From Kiritimatiellia bacterium (GTDB taxonomy: Bacteria > Verrucomicrobiota > Kiritimatiellia > RFP12 > JAAYLN01), in assembly GCA_045627605.1 (NCBI GenBank), contig JAZQOA010000072.1, forward strand, positions 28,005 to 92,004: DNA of 64,000 bases. Direction: 5' to 3'. Of this stretch, positions 42,449 through 52,883 are shown piece after piece (position 1 is the first letter of the stretch; every line of letters begins with the position of its first letter). A program made the position numbers and the translations under genes. Below the pieces are notes generated by a model. The model made no database searches and had not been told where the DNA came from. It saw only the letters and a program-made list of their open reading frames with translations.

Positions 42449-44059
42449 ATGCCGGTCTTCCCAAGGATGAAATCGGACTTGTGTTCAGCCGCCAATGTCG
42501 CGGCGGCGATTGAAAAACCTTCGGCGGCGTCGCCGAACTATTGGTGCACCTGGTGCACGCAGAGTACTTGCCTTGCGCAAACGAAGGCGCGGCTTGCCCC
42601 GCTTTTCATCGGCGACCAAGGGCAGCCGGGCGTCCGTGACGGCCTTTGCGAAGAGGTGCTTTTCGGCAAGGGCGGATGGGTGGACTTCTACCCCCGCGTA
42701 CGCTCCGACCTCGTCTTCCTGCTCGATGACGGCTGGGATGTGCCCTACGGCGCGGGCCGCCTGCCCGAGTTGATGAAGTGGCCTTTTGGATCAATGGAGC
42801 TCGACCCCGTGCGTTTCCCGTCTTTCCGCGGCTCGCCCGGCGCGAAACTTGCGGAGCTGACCCGCCGCGTCAAGGACAAGGGCTGGCGCGGTTCGGGACT
42901 GTGGGTCGCCATCCAGAGCCAGGCGGAACTTGGCGTTGCCAAATGGGCGGGGTTCACGCGGCGCGAGGAGTGGAAGCGCAAGTTGGATTGGTGCGCCGAG
43001 GGCGGCGTCTCGTATCTCAAGGTGGACTGGGGCGAGTGCAGCGGCGACATTGCCTTCCGCCAGATGTTGACCGATCTCAAGAATGAAATCGCGCCCCATG
43101 TCGTCGTCGAGCACTGCCATTGCCAACTGCCGGTGAACGGGATGCGCGAGGACGGCACGGGTGGCGGACGCCGTCTTTTCGGCCCCGAGGACGAGGACCT
43201 GCGCCAGTGGGAGAGGCTGGCGATGAAGTGCTCCGACGCCTGGCGCATCTACGACTGGATCGACCCGCTGGCCATGCCGCAGGGCATTGACCGCACGGTC
43301 ACGGACATCAAGATCGCCGAAGAGACGGGATCGCGGACTGTGGTCTCCACCGAGGACGGCCTCTACATAGGCGCCGCATTGGGTTGCGCCTTTGGCATCA
43401 TGCGCTCCGGGGCGCGGACTGCCGACAGTCGCCGGTGGCCGTCCCTTCCAAGCCGGCGGCTCGCCGAGGTTGACCGTGCCGTGCGGTGGGAGCGGATCGC
43501 CCCCGCCTATGCGCCGCGGCCCGGCTATGCGATTGCCTATTCCGACGATGCGCTTTTCGACAGCTGGCACTTTGAAAAAGGCGAGTTCTGGCATGAGCCG
43601 CTTTGTGGACGCGACATCCGCCAGGGTGCCCCGGCGCGCGTTTCGCGCGGGATGCCGTTGCCGGAGGTCGTTGCCGACGGGGAAATGCCCTATGTGCTGT
43701 GCGCGCGCAATCCGAGCGGCGCGATCTCCGTCGCCGCGCAGCCGCGCGTTTCGGGCGGGAAATACGTGACGCCCCTCGCGGACGTCCGGCTTGACGCCGC
43801 GCTCTCCCCTGCGTCGCCGCTGGGCGTCTTTGGCTCGTTCAGGTCGGTGACGATCCGTTGCGCCCCGGGCGTGGCGGTTTTCGCCCGGGATTTGGCGGGC
43901 GGTGTCGTCCGCGACATCACGGCGTCGGTCTGTTTCGCCGGCGGTGTCGCAACGCTCCCCGGGGATTTGCTTGCGCGGATCGGAAAAGAGGCCGACGACG
44001 ACGACTCGATGCCAGGAGTGCTCGTGTGGTGTGAAAAGGAGGAAGATGAAGGTCGTTGA
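42449..44059 (+). CDS. putative glycoside hydrolase, clan GH-D-like (alpha-galactosidase-like TIM barrel)
   Basis: 536 aa (alternative ATG at 42467). NYWCTW, LLDDGW, DPVRFPSF, KGWRGSGLWVA and SYLKVDW mirror the GH27/GH36 motif order (GWNSW, DDGW, FP.G, GLK.GIW, DY.K.D). Confidence 0.5.
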   Translation: MPVFPRMKSDLCSAANVAAAIEKPSAASPNYWCTWCTQSTCLAQTKARLAPLFIGDQGQPGVRDGLCEEVLFGKGGWVDFYPRVRSDLVFLLDDGWDVPYGAGRLPELMKWPFGSMELDPVRFPSFRGSPGAKLAELTRRVKDKGWRGSGLWVAIQSQAELGVAKWAGFTRREEWKRKLDWCAEGGVSYLKVDWGECSGDIAFRQMLTDLKNEIAPHVVVEHCHCQLPVNGMREDGTGGGRRLFGPEDEDLRQWERLAMKCSDAWRIYDWIDPLAMPQGIDRTVTDIKIAEETGSRTVVSTEDGLYIGAALGCAFGIMRSGARTADSRRWPSLPSRRLAEVDRAVRWERIAPAYAPRPGYAIAYSDDALFDSWHFEKGEFWHEPLCGRDIRQGAPARVSRGMPLPEVVADGEMPYVLCARNPSGAISVAAQPRVSGGKYVTPLADVRLDAALSPASPLGVFGSFRSVTIRCAPGVAVFARDLAGGVVRDITASVCFAGGVATLPGDLLARIGKEADDDDSMPGVLVWCEKEEDEGR

Positions 44060-46688
44060 CTTGCGTTGCGAGTTCGAGAAGAACCCGCTTGGGATAGGCG
44101 AGGTGAAGCCGCGCCTTTCGTGGCGGATGGAGGACGGTCGCAAGGGCGCGCGCCAGTCGGCCTGGCAGGTGCGGGCGCATTTCGTGCGTCCCGATGGCAG
44201 TTCCGGGGCCTTGGCCTGGGATTCGGGCCGTGTCGAGGGATGGGAGTCGCTCGACCACGAATACGCGGGGCGTCCGCTGAAGTCCCGTTCGCGTGTGGCG
44301 TGGCAAGTGCGCATCTGGGATGACAAGGGCGAGGCGTCCGGCTGGAGTGAAACCGCCATCTTCGAGCTCGGGCTTCTCAAGGCGCGCGACTGGCGGGGCA
44401 CGTGGATCGCCCGTCCCGCCCGGTTCAGCGAGGCGGATGGCCAGCCGTCGCCCTATCTCCGCCGCGAATTCACGCTCCCCGCCCAACCGGTCTCGGCGCG
44501 TCTCCACGTCTCGGCGCTTGGCCTTTTCGAAATGCGCCTTAACGGCGCCAAAGTCGGCCGCGACGTCTTCGCGCCGGGCTGGACCTATTTCGACAAGCGC
44601 GTCCAGGCGCTGACCTACGACGTCGCCGCGCAGCTCCGAAAGGGGCGCAATGTGATCGGCGGCTTTCTCGGGGCGGGGCAGTATGCCGGGCTGATGCCCT
44701 ACAACACCGTGATCCCGCACCGCCAGCTTGCGCTGCTCGCCCAGCTTGAGGTTGTCTTCGCGGACGGTTCCCGGCAGATGATCGCCACGGACGAGTCGTG
44801 GCGGACATCCTTCGGCCCGATTCTCTCGTCGGAGTTCTGGCACGGCGAACTTTATGACGCGCGGCTTGAAATGCCGGGCTGGGATTCGCCGGGCTTCGTC
44901 GACGCGGGGTGGGAGCCCGCCGTGCGGGTTTCCCCGCCGACAAAAATCTCTGTCGATCCCGCGCGGTCGCTTCCCGTGCGCCGCCAGATCGAGCTTGCCG
45001 CCGTCGCGCAGACGGAACCCGCGCCCGGCACTTTCATCTTCGACATGGGGCAGAACATGGTCGGCTGGGCGCGGATCAAGGTACGCGCACCGCGCGGCAC
45101 GCGCATCACGGTGCGCTTCGGCGAGATGCTCAACCCCGACGGATCGCTTTACCGCGGCAACCTCACCCACGCCAAGTGTACCGACGCTTACATCTGCAAG
45201 GGCGGCGGCGAGGAAATCTTCGAGCCGACCTTCACCTACCGCGGCTTCAGGTTCGCCGAACTCACGGGGCTCGCCGAACGGCCGGATTTGGGCGATGTCA
45301 CCGGCGTTGTCGTCTTCTCCGAAATGGAGGAACGGTCCGCCTTCCGGTGTTCCAACCCGCTTGTCAACAAGCTGCACGAGAACATCCGCTGGGGGATGCG
45401 CGGCAATTTCCTCGACGTGCCGACGGACTGCCCCCAGCGCGGCGAGCGCCTCGGCTGGACGGGCGACGCGCAGATTTTCGCCCGCACCGCGATGACGCTC
45501 TACGGCTCCGCCGGCTTCTTCACGAAGTGGAACCAGGACATCCTCGACTCGCAGTCGCCCAAGGGCGCCTTCCCGGACAACGCCCCAAACATTTTCCTCG
45601 TCGCCGGCGGGTGGAGCGAGTCCGAGAAGGAATATCCCGGCGGCAATTCGGGATGGGGCGACGCCGGCGTGATCTGCCCCTGGATGCAATACCTTTGCCA
45701 TGGCGACCGGCGTCTTCTTGAACGCCACTACGCGTCGATGGCGAAGTGGATCGCCTGGCAGGAGGCGAAGAGCGACAAGCTCATCCTCAACTCGTCCCTC
45801 TACGGCGACTGGCTCGCGCTCGACGTCTGCTCCTTCAAGCCGGCCTATGAGAAGTCGCTGACGCCGCGCAACCTGATTTCCACGGCCTATTTCGCGCGGA
45901 CGACGGCATTGATGCGCGACATCGCCGCGGCACTGGGAAAGGCGGACGACGCCCGCCGTTACGGCGCGCTTTTCCGGCGCATTAAGGCGGCCTTCGCGAA
46001 GGAGTTCGTGACGCCTTCGGGCCGCGTGGCTTCCGAGACGCAGTCGGCCTATGCGCTTGCCTTGGGTTTCGGCCTCGTGCCGGAAAAACGTGTTGCCGCC
46101 GCCGGCGCGCATCTCGTCCGGCGCATCCATGACTACGGCGACCATCTTTCAACGGGCTTCCTCGGCACGCCGCTCCTGTGCCCCGTGCTGACGCGGCTTG
46201 GCTACGGCGACCTCGCCTACAAGCTTCTGCTCAACCGCGATTTCCCCGGTTGGCTCTATCCCGTGACGATGGGGGCGACGACGGTCTGGGAGAATTGGAA
46301 CGGCTACACGAAGGAACTTGGCTACGGCTTCGGCAGCAAGGGAACGGGTTCCTTCAACCACTACGCCTTCGGCGCCGTCGCCGAGTGGCTCTACGCCTCC
46401 GTGCTCGGCATCGATGTCGACCCGGCGGATCCCGCCTACCACAATGTCGTGCTTCGCCCGTGTCTGCCGCCGGTCTCCGCGGCCGGGAAGCCGGCGGCGG
46501 AGGGGTTGGCCTGGGCCGAAGGCCATGTCGACACACGCTACGGCAGGGTTGCGTGCCGCTGGGAGCGGCGGGATGATGGCCGGGCGCGCTATTCGGTTTC
46601 GCTTCCCGCCAACACGTCCGCCACGCTTCTCCTGCCCGGGCGGCGGGCGAGGCGGCTCAAGTCCGGCGAATATTCGTTTGTGGTATAA
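44046..46688 (+). CDS. alpha-L-rhamnosidase (GH78)
   Basis: 880 aa from the ATG at 44046 after AGGAGGAAG, overlapping the upstream gene by 14 nt. The N-terminus LRCEFEKNPLGIGEVKPRLSWRM is the canonical GH78 opening, and DCPQRGERLGWTGDAQ is also typical. Confidence 0.9.
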   Translation: MKVVDLRCEFEKNPLGIGEVKPRLSWRMEDGRKGARQSAWQVRAHFVRPDGSSGALAWDSGRVEGWESLDHEYAGRPLKSRSRVAWQVRIWDDKGEASGWSETAIFELGLLKARDWRGTWIARPARFSEADGQPSPYLRREFTLPAQPVSARLHVSALGLFEMRLNGAKVGRDVFAPGWTYFDKRVQALTYDVAAQLRKGRNVIGGFLGAGQYAGLMPYNTVIPHRQLALLAQLEVVFADGSRQMIATDESWRTSFGPILSSEFWHGELYDARLEMPGWDSPGFVDAGWEPAVRVSPPTKISVDPARSLPVRRQIELAAVAQTEPAPGTFIFDMGQNMVGWARIKVRAPRGTRITVRFGEMLNPDGSLYRGNLTHAKCTDAYICKGGGEEIFEPTFTYRGFRFAELTGLAERPDLGDVTGVVVFSEMEERSAFRCSNPLVNKLHENIRWGMRGNFLDVPTDCPQRGERLGWTGDAQIFARTAMTLYGSAGFFTKWNQDILDSQSPKGAFPDNAPNIFLVAGGWSESEKEYPGGNSGWGDAGVICPWMQYLCHGDRRLLERHYASMAKWIAWQEAKSDKLILNSSLYGDWLALDVCSFKPAYEKSLTPRNLISTAYFARTTALMRDIAAALGKADDARRYGALFRRIKAAFAKEFVTPSGRVASETQSAYALALGFGLVPEKRVAAAGAHLVRRIHDYGDHLSTGFLGTPLLCPVLTRLGYGDLAYKLLLNRDFPGWLYPVTMGATTVWENWNGYTKELGYGFGSKGTGSFNHYAFGAVAEWLYASVLGIDVDPADPAYHNVVLRPCLPPVSAAGKPAAEGLAWAEGHVDTRYGRVACRWERRDDGRARYSVSLPANTSATLLLPGRRARRLKSGEYSFVV

Positions 46689-46714
46689 TAATAGGTCATC
46701 TCCGCAAGGCCCTT

Positions 46715-48160
46715 ATGCTTGTTTTCCACATAGACTTGAACACCGTGGCGTTGAGGCGCGAGACAATCTCGGCGCTTCTCCGCTTCGTTGCGGCGTGCGG
46801 GTACGATTCCGTCCTCTGGGAGGTCGAGGACAAGGTGCGTTGGGAAACCTGCCCCGAATGCGCACATCCCGATGCCTTCACCAAGGAGGAGTTCCGCGAG
46901 ATTCTCGACGAGGCGAAGTCCCTTGGGCTCGCCCCGATCCCGCTTCTCCAGACCTTCGGCCACGCCGAGTATGTGCTTTCGCACGAAAAATACCGCGCCT
47001 GGCGCGAACTCCCCGAAAAAAAGGACTGCTACTGCGTCTCCCGCGCCGATGTCCGCGACTTCCTCCGGGCCTGGCTGCACGAGTATCTCGAGCTCTTCGG
47101 CGACGGCGTGAGGTTCTTCCACCTCGGCGGCGACGAAGCCTATTCCTTCGGCAAGTGCCCGGTCTGCGCCGTGCGCGACCGCATGGAGCTCTACGCCGAG
47201 CATCTCAAGGCCGTCGCGGGCGAACTCCTTGAAAAGGGGATTCGCCCGGGCTGCTGGTGCGACATGCTCCTCGCCGGCGACGATGAGCAGGCCGTCGCCC
47301 AAATCCCCGCCGATTTCGTCATCTGGCACTGGGACTATTACTACGGCTGCCGCAACAGGCCCGTGAGCAGATGGTCCGACAAAACCCGTTTCCTCCAGGC
47401 GCACGGCTACGATGTCGTCTTCTGCGGCGCGTCGCAGTGCGGCGGCGAAGACCCCTTTCTCCCGCGGTACGAGTGGCACTCGCAAAACCTTGCCGCTTCG
47501 GCGAAACTCGTGAACGGCGACGGGTTGCTCGGGCTTTGCGTGACTTCGTGGTCGATACGCGGCTCGCTCAAGGCCGAGCAATACCCGCTTATCGACTATG
47601 CGGCGCGGTGCTTTAGGAACCCCGGGCTCGATGCCGAAGCAGAATTCTCCGCCGTTTGCCGCCGCTTCTTTGGCGACGTCACGCCGGCGCAGCTCTTCGA
47701 CCTCACCGACTGGGACCATTTTTACCTGGCGGGGATTGAAGGCCGCAGCTGGAACGCCTACAAGGACGCCTCCGTGCCGATGAAAGGCCAGTTCGCCTAT
47801 GTTCTCGCCACGCAGGGGAGGGAGGCGCCGGATTTCGCGGAGAGGCGGCTTGAAACCGTCGCGGCGCTCCTGCGGCGCACCGAGGCGGCGGCGTCCGCGA
47901 TGCGCCAGGCGCGGGGTGGAACGGCGCTTCTGGACGTTCTTCTCCAAGGCGCCGACTTGCGCATCCGCCTTTTTGGCACCCTCCTTGCGGCTCTCCGCGG
48001 GGAAAAAACGCCGCCCGCGCCTTACCTCGCCTCCGCCGCCTACTACGGCCTGGAGCAGACCGATTGGTCGGCATTCAATTTCGCGCGAATCGTCTGGGCC
48101 GTGCTCGACGAACGTTACGCCGAGCCCTTCGACGGCACACAGCTTTTCACACCCCGGTGA
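46715..48160 (+). CDS. GH20-like glycoside hydrolase (beta-N-acetylhexosaminidase catalytic-domain-like)
   Basis: 481 aa. PLLQTFGHAEY and FFHLGGDEAY resemble the GH20 catalytic H-x-G-G-D-E region. Confidence 0.5.
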   Translation: MLVFHIDLNTVALRRETISALLRFVAACGYDSVLWEVEDKVRWETCPECAHPDAFTKEEFREILDEAKSLGLAPIPLLQTFGHAEYVLSHEKYRAWRELPEKKDCYCVSRADVRDFLRAWLHEYLELFGDGVRFFHLGGDEAYSFGKCPVCAVRDRMELYAEHLKAVAGELLEKGIRPGCWCDMLLAGDDEQAVAQIPADFVIWHWDYYYGCRNRPVSRWSDKTRFLQAHGYDVVFCGASQCGGEDPFLPRYEWHSQNLAASAKLVNGDGLLGLCVTSWSIRGSLKAEQYPLIDYAARCFRNPGLDAEAEFSAVCRRFFGDVTPAQLFDLTDWDHFYLAGIEGRSWNAYKDASVPMKGQFAYVLATQGREAPDFAERRLETVAALLRRTEAAASAMRQARGGTALLDVLLQGADLRIRLFGTLLAALRGEKTPPAPYLASAAYYGLEQTDWSAFNFARIVWAVLDERYAEPFDGTQLFTPR

Positions 48161-48181
48161 AAGCCGGGAAAGGACATTCAA

Positions 48182-49681
48182 ATGGAAGCAAAAGACCAGT
48201 ATCCTTCAAACAACGCCCTCCTCGCCAAGATGATCAAGCGCGACGAAATCGACCGCTACTGCAGGAACGGCCGCGATTTCATCGACGACGACGCCATCAA
48301 GGCCGAAATCAAGGCCAATGCCAAGCCCGAGAAGCAGCGCGTCCGCGACATCATCCAGAAGTCGCTCGCCATCCAGACCCTCTCCGGTCCCGAAGTCGCG
48401 GCGCTCCTCGCCGTGGACGACCCCGAACTTCTCGCCGAGATGGCCGAGGCCGCCTGGTCGGTCAAGCACAAGGTCTACGACAACCGCGTCGTCACCTTCG
48501 CGCCGATGTACATCTCCAACTTCTGCGTCAACCGCTGCCGCTACTGCGGTTTCAGCGCCGACAACCCCCACGAAAAGCGCCGCTGCATGACGATGGAGGA
48601 GATCAAGCGCGAGGCCGAGGCGATGATCAAGATCGGCCACAAACGCGTGATGGCGGTCTACGGCGAGCACCCGATGACGGGCGCGCAGTTCATCGCCGAC
48701 TCCCTCCGGAGCATCTACTCGGCCAGCGTCAAGATGCGCAAGGGCGTCTGCAACGTCCGCCGCATCAATGTCAACGCCGCCCCCATGTCGATCGACGACC
48801 TCAAGGTCGTCCACGAGGCCGGCATCGGCACCTTCCAGGTCTTCCAGGAGTCCTACGACCACAAGTTCTACGCCACCATGCACCCGGCGGACACCGTGAA
48901 GGGCGACTACGGGTGGCGCGTCACCTGCATGCACCGCGCCTTTGACGCCGGCATCGACGACGTCGGCCTCGGCGTTCTCTTCGGCCTCAACCCCGACTGG
49001 AAGTACGAGGTTGCCGCGATGTGCTGCCATGCCCGCGAACTCGAACGCTTCGTCGGCATCGGCCCCCACACCTTCTCGGTGCCGCGCATGCACGCGGCTT
49101 CGGGCTCCGAGGTCGCCAACGCCAGGAACGCGTTCACGGACGACGACTTCTTCAAGGCGGTGCTCGTGCTCCGCCTCGCGGTCCCCTACACGGGCCTCAT
49201 CGTCACGGCGCGCGAAAGCAAGGAGCTCCGCGACCGCTGCCTGCGGATCGGCTCGACGCAGATGGACGCCGGGACGCGCATCGACATCGGCGGCTACAGC
49301 GCGGCCAACGTCGACCAGAAACTCGACGAGCAGCAGTTTTTGCTCGGCGACACCCGCTCGCTCGAGCAGATGATCGTCGACCTCGCCAAGCAGGGGGTCA
49401 TCACGTCGTTCTGCACGGCGGGCTACCGCTGCGGGCGCACGGGCGGCTGCATCATGGATGCGCTGAAGACCGGCAAGGAGGGGACCTTCTGCAAGATCAA
49501 CGCCGTGCTCACCTACCGCGAGTGGCTTGACGACTTCGCCTCGCCGGAAAGCATCAAGGCCTGCGAACCCGTCATCCAGGCGGAGCTTGACGCGATCAAG
49601 GAGACGTACCCGAAGTTCTTCCCGGTCGTCATGGACCGCTACAACCGCATTGCCGCCGGCGAACGCGACCTCTATTTCTAA
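48182..49681 (+). CDS. hydG: HydG-like radical SAM enzyme (ThiH/HydG family)
   Basis: 499 aa. CVNRCRYCGF (CX3CX2C) after a HydG-like N-terminal region (FIDDDAI...VVTFAPMYISN). C-terminal Cys-containing region SFCTAGYRCGRTGGCIMD...FCKINAV. Confidence 0.65.
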   Translation: MEAKDQYPSNNALLAKMIKRDEIDRYCRNGRDFIDDDAIKAEIKANAKPEKQRVRDIIQKSLAIQTLSGPEVAALLAVDDPELLAEMAEAAWSVKHKVYDNRVVTFAPMYISNFCVNRCRYCGFSADNPHEKRRCMTMEEIKREAEAMIKIGHKRVMAVYGEHPMTGAQFIADSLRSIYSASVKMRKGVCNVRRINVNAAPMSIDDLKVVHEAGIGTFQVFQESYDHKFYATMHPADTVKGDYGWRVTCMHRAFDAGIDDVGLGVLFGLNPDWKYEVAAMCCHARELERFVGIGPHTFSVPRMHAASGSEVANARNAFTDDDFFKAVLVLRLAVPYTGLIVTARESKELRDRCLRIGSTQMDAGTRIDIGGYSAANVDQKLDEQQFLLGDTRSLEQMIVDLAKQGVITSFCTAGYRCGRTGGCIMDALKTGKEGTFCKINAVLTYREWLDDFASPESIKACEPVIQAELDAIKETYPKFFPVVMDRYNRIAAGERDLYF

Positions 49682-49699
49682 GCCAATGTGGTGGATGGC

Positions 49700-51367
49700 A
49701 TGAGGTGGATGGCAATTGGTTCCGGGGCACCGGAAAAGGCAATGGGGATTGCCGGAAAGATTTTTCTGACAGTTTTCGTTCTTCTTTGGGCGGGTTTGCC
49801 TGCGACCATGCTGGTCACGGAGCTCCCAGACCTCATCGGCGGATTCAAGGCGCGCGGCTGGCGTGAAACGCCCTGCACCATTCTCTCTTCCGAGGCCAGG
49901 CCCGAGAAGAGTTCCTTCCGGCTTGACGTCAAGTACGCCTACTCGTTTGACGGCGGCAGCTTTGAGTCTTCGCGTTTCAACTATTCCGGCGACAGCCGGA
50001 AGTTCTCCAAAATCTCCGAAAGGGCCCCGCTTCTTGAAAAATACGGGAAGGGCAAGTCCGGCATCTGCTTCGTCAACCCGGCGAACCCCTCTGAGGCGAT
50101 TCTGGAGAGGCCTGGCTGGGGGGGCGTGGCCCCCGTTGCCATCCCCCTTGTCTTTGTCGTCGTTGGCGTCACCATCCTCGTCAACACCTGGCGGGGGCGG
50201 AAGCCCCGGCGCAGACCGTCCGCCCCCCCGTCTTACGCCCCAGGAACCCCGGTCAAGCCCTGGGCCCGGCTCGACGCCCCGTGGATTCCGCTTGTCTTTG
50301 GCGGAATTTTCCTCGGCATCGGGATTTTCATCGGTTCTCTGCTTTTACGCAAGTTCATTGCCGATGCGGGATCGTGGGCGTCGACGGAGGGAACGGTGAT
50401 TTCAACCGCCATCCGCGTCACCCACGGAAAGCACGGGTCGAGCTCGTCGCCGTATGTCTCGTATTCGTATTCCGTCAATGGCCTTGAATACGAAAACGAC
50501 GATTTTTCGACATTCGACATTTCAAGCTCCAGTCGCGACGCCGGCGGCAGGCTCGCGCCCTATCGTCCCGGGGGGAAGGCCACGGTCTACTACAAGCCCG
50601 GCAATCCGGCGCACAGCGTCCTCGAAGTCCGGACGTCGCCGCTCGACTACCTGATCCTGATCTTCCCGCTCCTATTCATCCTCGTCGGTGGCGGTGTTTT
50701 CCTCGGCTGCCTGAAGGGGATGCTGGGCGACGGCGCCGCGCGGGAAGAGGAATACGCCGTTGTCGCGGGGCTTAAGCTCAAGCGCCAGATGGGCGATTTC
50801 GGCGGCAAGCTCATCTTCGCGGTGATCTGGAACCTTTTCTGCCTGATGTTCGTCTCGATTTGGTTCAGGGCGTCGGGGAATTTTTCATGGACGCGGGCGT
50901 TCTGGACGTTCGACAAGTTTTTCGTACTGGTCTTCCCCCTCGTTGGCGTCGGTCTCATCGTGTCGTGCCTGGTGACGGCGGCGAGGCGCCTTGCTGTCGC
51001 CGGCCATTACGAAGTGGTGGCGGCGGCGGACAGGCTGGTTCCCGGCGCACGCGTCCAGGTGAACTACGTTTTCAAGGGAAATGCCGGGCGGCTCCCGTGG
51101 GTTGCCTTCTCGGTTGTCCAGCGCGACATGGGGGTTCGCACCTCGTCGCGCGGCGGAGTAGGGGAATCTTCCGCGGCGGCCTACGAGAAGGAGGATGACG
51201 TGTGGGACACCGACAATCCGCTTCAAGCGGGGGCGGGGTCGTTTGTCTTCACGTTGCCCGAGGCCATCAACTCCCCGCGCATCGACTGGTCCCTCAAGGT
51301 GCGCTACGGGAAGCTCTCCGACACCTTCAAGCTGCCAGTCGCCAAGGCTGGTCCGGGTATGGCGTAG
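49700..51367 (+). CDS. membrane protein with two DUF3592-like domains
   Basis: About 555 aa. The start is uncertain: GTG 49688, ATG 49700, 49709 or 49742. It contains two TM-flanked modules of the form W..T.G.V.....Y.Y.V.G..Y. Confidence 0.6.
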   Translation: MRWMAIGSGAPEKAMGIAGKIFLTVFVLLWAGLPATMLVTELPDLIGGFKARGWRETPCTILSSEARPEKSSFRLDVKYAYSFDGGSFESSRFNYSGDSRKFSKISERAPLLEKYGKGKSGICFVNPANPSEAILERPGWGGVAPVAIPLVFVVVGVTILVNTWRGRKPRRRPSAPPSYAPGTPVKPWARLDAPWIPLVFGGIFLGIGIFIGSLLLRKFIADAGSWASTEGTVISTAIRVTHGKHGSSSSPYVSYSYSVNGLEYENDDFSTFDISSSSRDAGGRLAPYRPGGKATVYYKPGNPAHSVLEVRTSPLDYLILIFPLLFILVGGGVFLGCLKGMLGDGAAREEEYAVVAGLKLKRQMGDFGGKLIFAVIWNLFCLMFVSIWFRASGNFSWTRAFWTFDKFFVLVFPLVGVGLIVSCLVTAARRLAVAGHYEVVAAADRLVPGARVQVNYVFKGNAGRLPWVAFSVVQRDMGVRTSSRGGVGESSAAAYEKEDDVWDTDNPLQAGAGSFVFTLPEAINSPRIDWSLKVRYGKLSDTFKLPVAKAGPGMA

Positions 51368-51407
51368 CCGGTCGTCGATGGTTCCGGGAATTGGCGGGCA
51401 GAGTCAA

Positions 51408-52241
51408 ATGGATGTTTTTGGATTTACGGCGAATTGGCATAGCCATACGTTTCGCTGCAAGCATGCGGCCGGGGACGTGGCAGACTACTGCGCCGAAGCC
51501 GCCAAGGCGGGCATCAAGGTCCTGGGGATTTCCGACCACATGCCAACGAGGGACGGGCGCTGGGACCGCGTCCGCATGGACTATGCCTCCATGCCTTCCT
51601 ACATCGAGGCGATTGAGAAGGCACGGCGCGAATATCCCCGGCTGACGCTTTTCAAGGGGCTTGAATGCGAATGGTGCCCGGAGTTCGGCAGGGGATACTA
51701 CGAGGACGAGCTCAATGGAAAATTCGGGCTCGACTTCATTGGCGCCGCGCCGCATTCCTTCAAAATGGACTGGGGAGATGAAAAATGGCTCAACTCCTTT
51801 GCCCGCGGCGACTGGATCGACCAGAAAAACTGGTTGGTCGGCTATGCAAAATGCGTCGTCGACACTGTCGGCACGGGACTTTTCAATTACCTGGCCCATC
51901 CCGACTTGATCGGTTGCTTCTGCACGAAGTGGACGGCCGAGGCGGAGGCCGCGTCGCGCGCCATCGTCCAGGCCGCGCGCGACGCGCACATGCCCATCGA
52001 AATCAATACATCGGGTTTTCGCAAGCCGTGGATCGACGACGAGGACGGGACTCGCCGCGCCCAATACCCTTGGAAACCCTTCTGGCAGATTGCCGCCGAG
52101 GAAGGGGCGACGGCCATCATCGGAACCGACGCCCATTCACCGGAACTCATCGGCGCGACCGTTGACAGGGCCCTGGACTTGGTTCGCGACACCGGCGTCA
52201 AAGTCATTGTGCCGCAGTCCGTGGCCGAAATGCGCGTATAG
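51408..52241 (+). CDS. PHP-family phosphatase (histidinol-phosphatase HisJ/HisK-like)
   Basis: 277 aa from the ATG at 51408. WHSHTFRCKHA, ISDHMP, AHPD and GTDAHS metal-ligand motifs. Confidence 0.75.
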   Translation: MDVFGFTANWHSHTFRCKHAAGDVADYCAEAAKAGIKVLGISDHMPTRDGRWDRVRMDYASMPSYIEAIEKARREYPRLTLFKGLECEWCPEFGRGYYEDELNGKFGLDFIGAAPHSFKMDWGDEKWLNSFARGDWIDQKNWLVGYAKCVVDTVGTGLFNYLAHPDLIGCFCTKWTAEAEAASRAIVQAARDAHMPIEINTSGFRKPWIDDEDGTRRAQYPWKPFWQIAAEEGATAIIGTDAHSPELIGATVDRALDLVRDTGVKVIVPQSVAEMRV

Positions 52242-52249
52242 GTTTCGGA

Positions 52250-52834
52250 CTATTCGGCGAGGAGCTTGAAGAAGATCCCGGCGCAGGCCATGGTGTCGTC
52301 CAGCGCGTCGTGACTGTTGCAGCCTTCGATGCCGAGGGCGGGGATGAGGTTGCAGAGCCTGTAGCTGTCGAGTCCCGGGCGAAGGTGCCGGGCGAGCGCA
52401 AGCGTGTCGCATGTTTCGACAAGTTCCGGCTCGAAGTCGAGGTCGAATTTCCTGCACATGTTCTGCACCATGCCCATGTCGAAGCGCAGGTTGTGGGCGA
52501 CGAGGAGTGTGCGGTCTCCGACAAAGCCGAAGAACTGCCGCATGGCCTCTTCGGGGGCGATTCCGTTGACCTGGAGGAAGTCCATGGAAAGCCCGTGGAT
52601 GCTCTCCGCCCACGGATTCATGTCGCACGTGGGGCAAAGGTAGGTGTTCATCGTCCTTGAAAAGGTGCCCGCGACATATTCGGCGGCGGCGATCTGGCAG
52701 ATTTCGTCGTCTTTCGTCCCGCCCGTGGTTTCGGTGTCGAAGACCACGACGCGGCCGTTCCGCGCGAATTCGCGAATTGCCCCGATTGTGTTTTTACAGA
52801 CTCTCATTTTGCCGTTGATAAGGGGACAGTCCAT
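52250..52834 (-). CDS. DEDDh 3'-5' exonuclease (DNA polymerase III epsilon-like)
   Basis: 194 aa (alternative ATG at 52807). FDTETTG, HNLRFDMGM and HDALDD motifs. Confidence 0.85.
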   Translation of the reverse strand: MDCPLINGKMRVCKNTIGAIREFARNGRVVVFDTETTGGTKDDEICQIAAAEYVAGTFSRTMNTYLCPTCDMNPWAESIHGLSMDFLQVNGIAPEEAMRQFFGFVGDRTLLVAHNLRFDMGMVQNMCRKFDLDFEPELVETCDTLALARHLRPGLDSYRLCNLIPALGIEGCNSHDALDDTMACAGIFFKLLAE

Positions 52835-52883
52835 TAATGTAGTGTTGTTAAAACATTATGGCTAAGAAAATTGTCGAGTTTTA

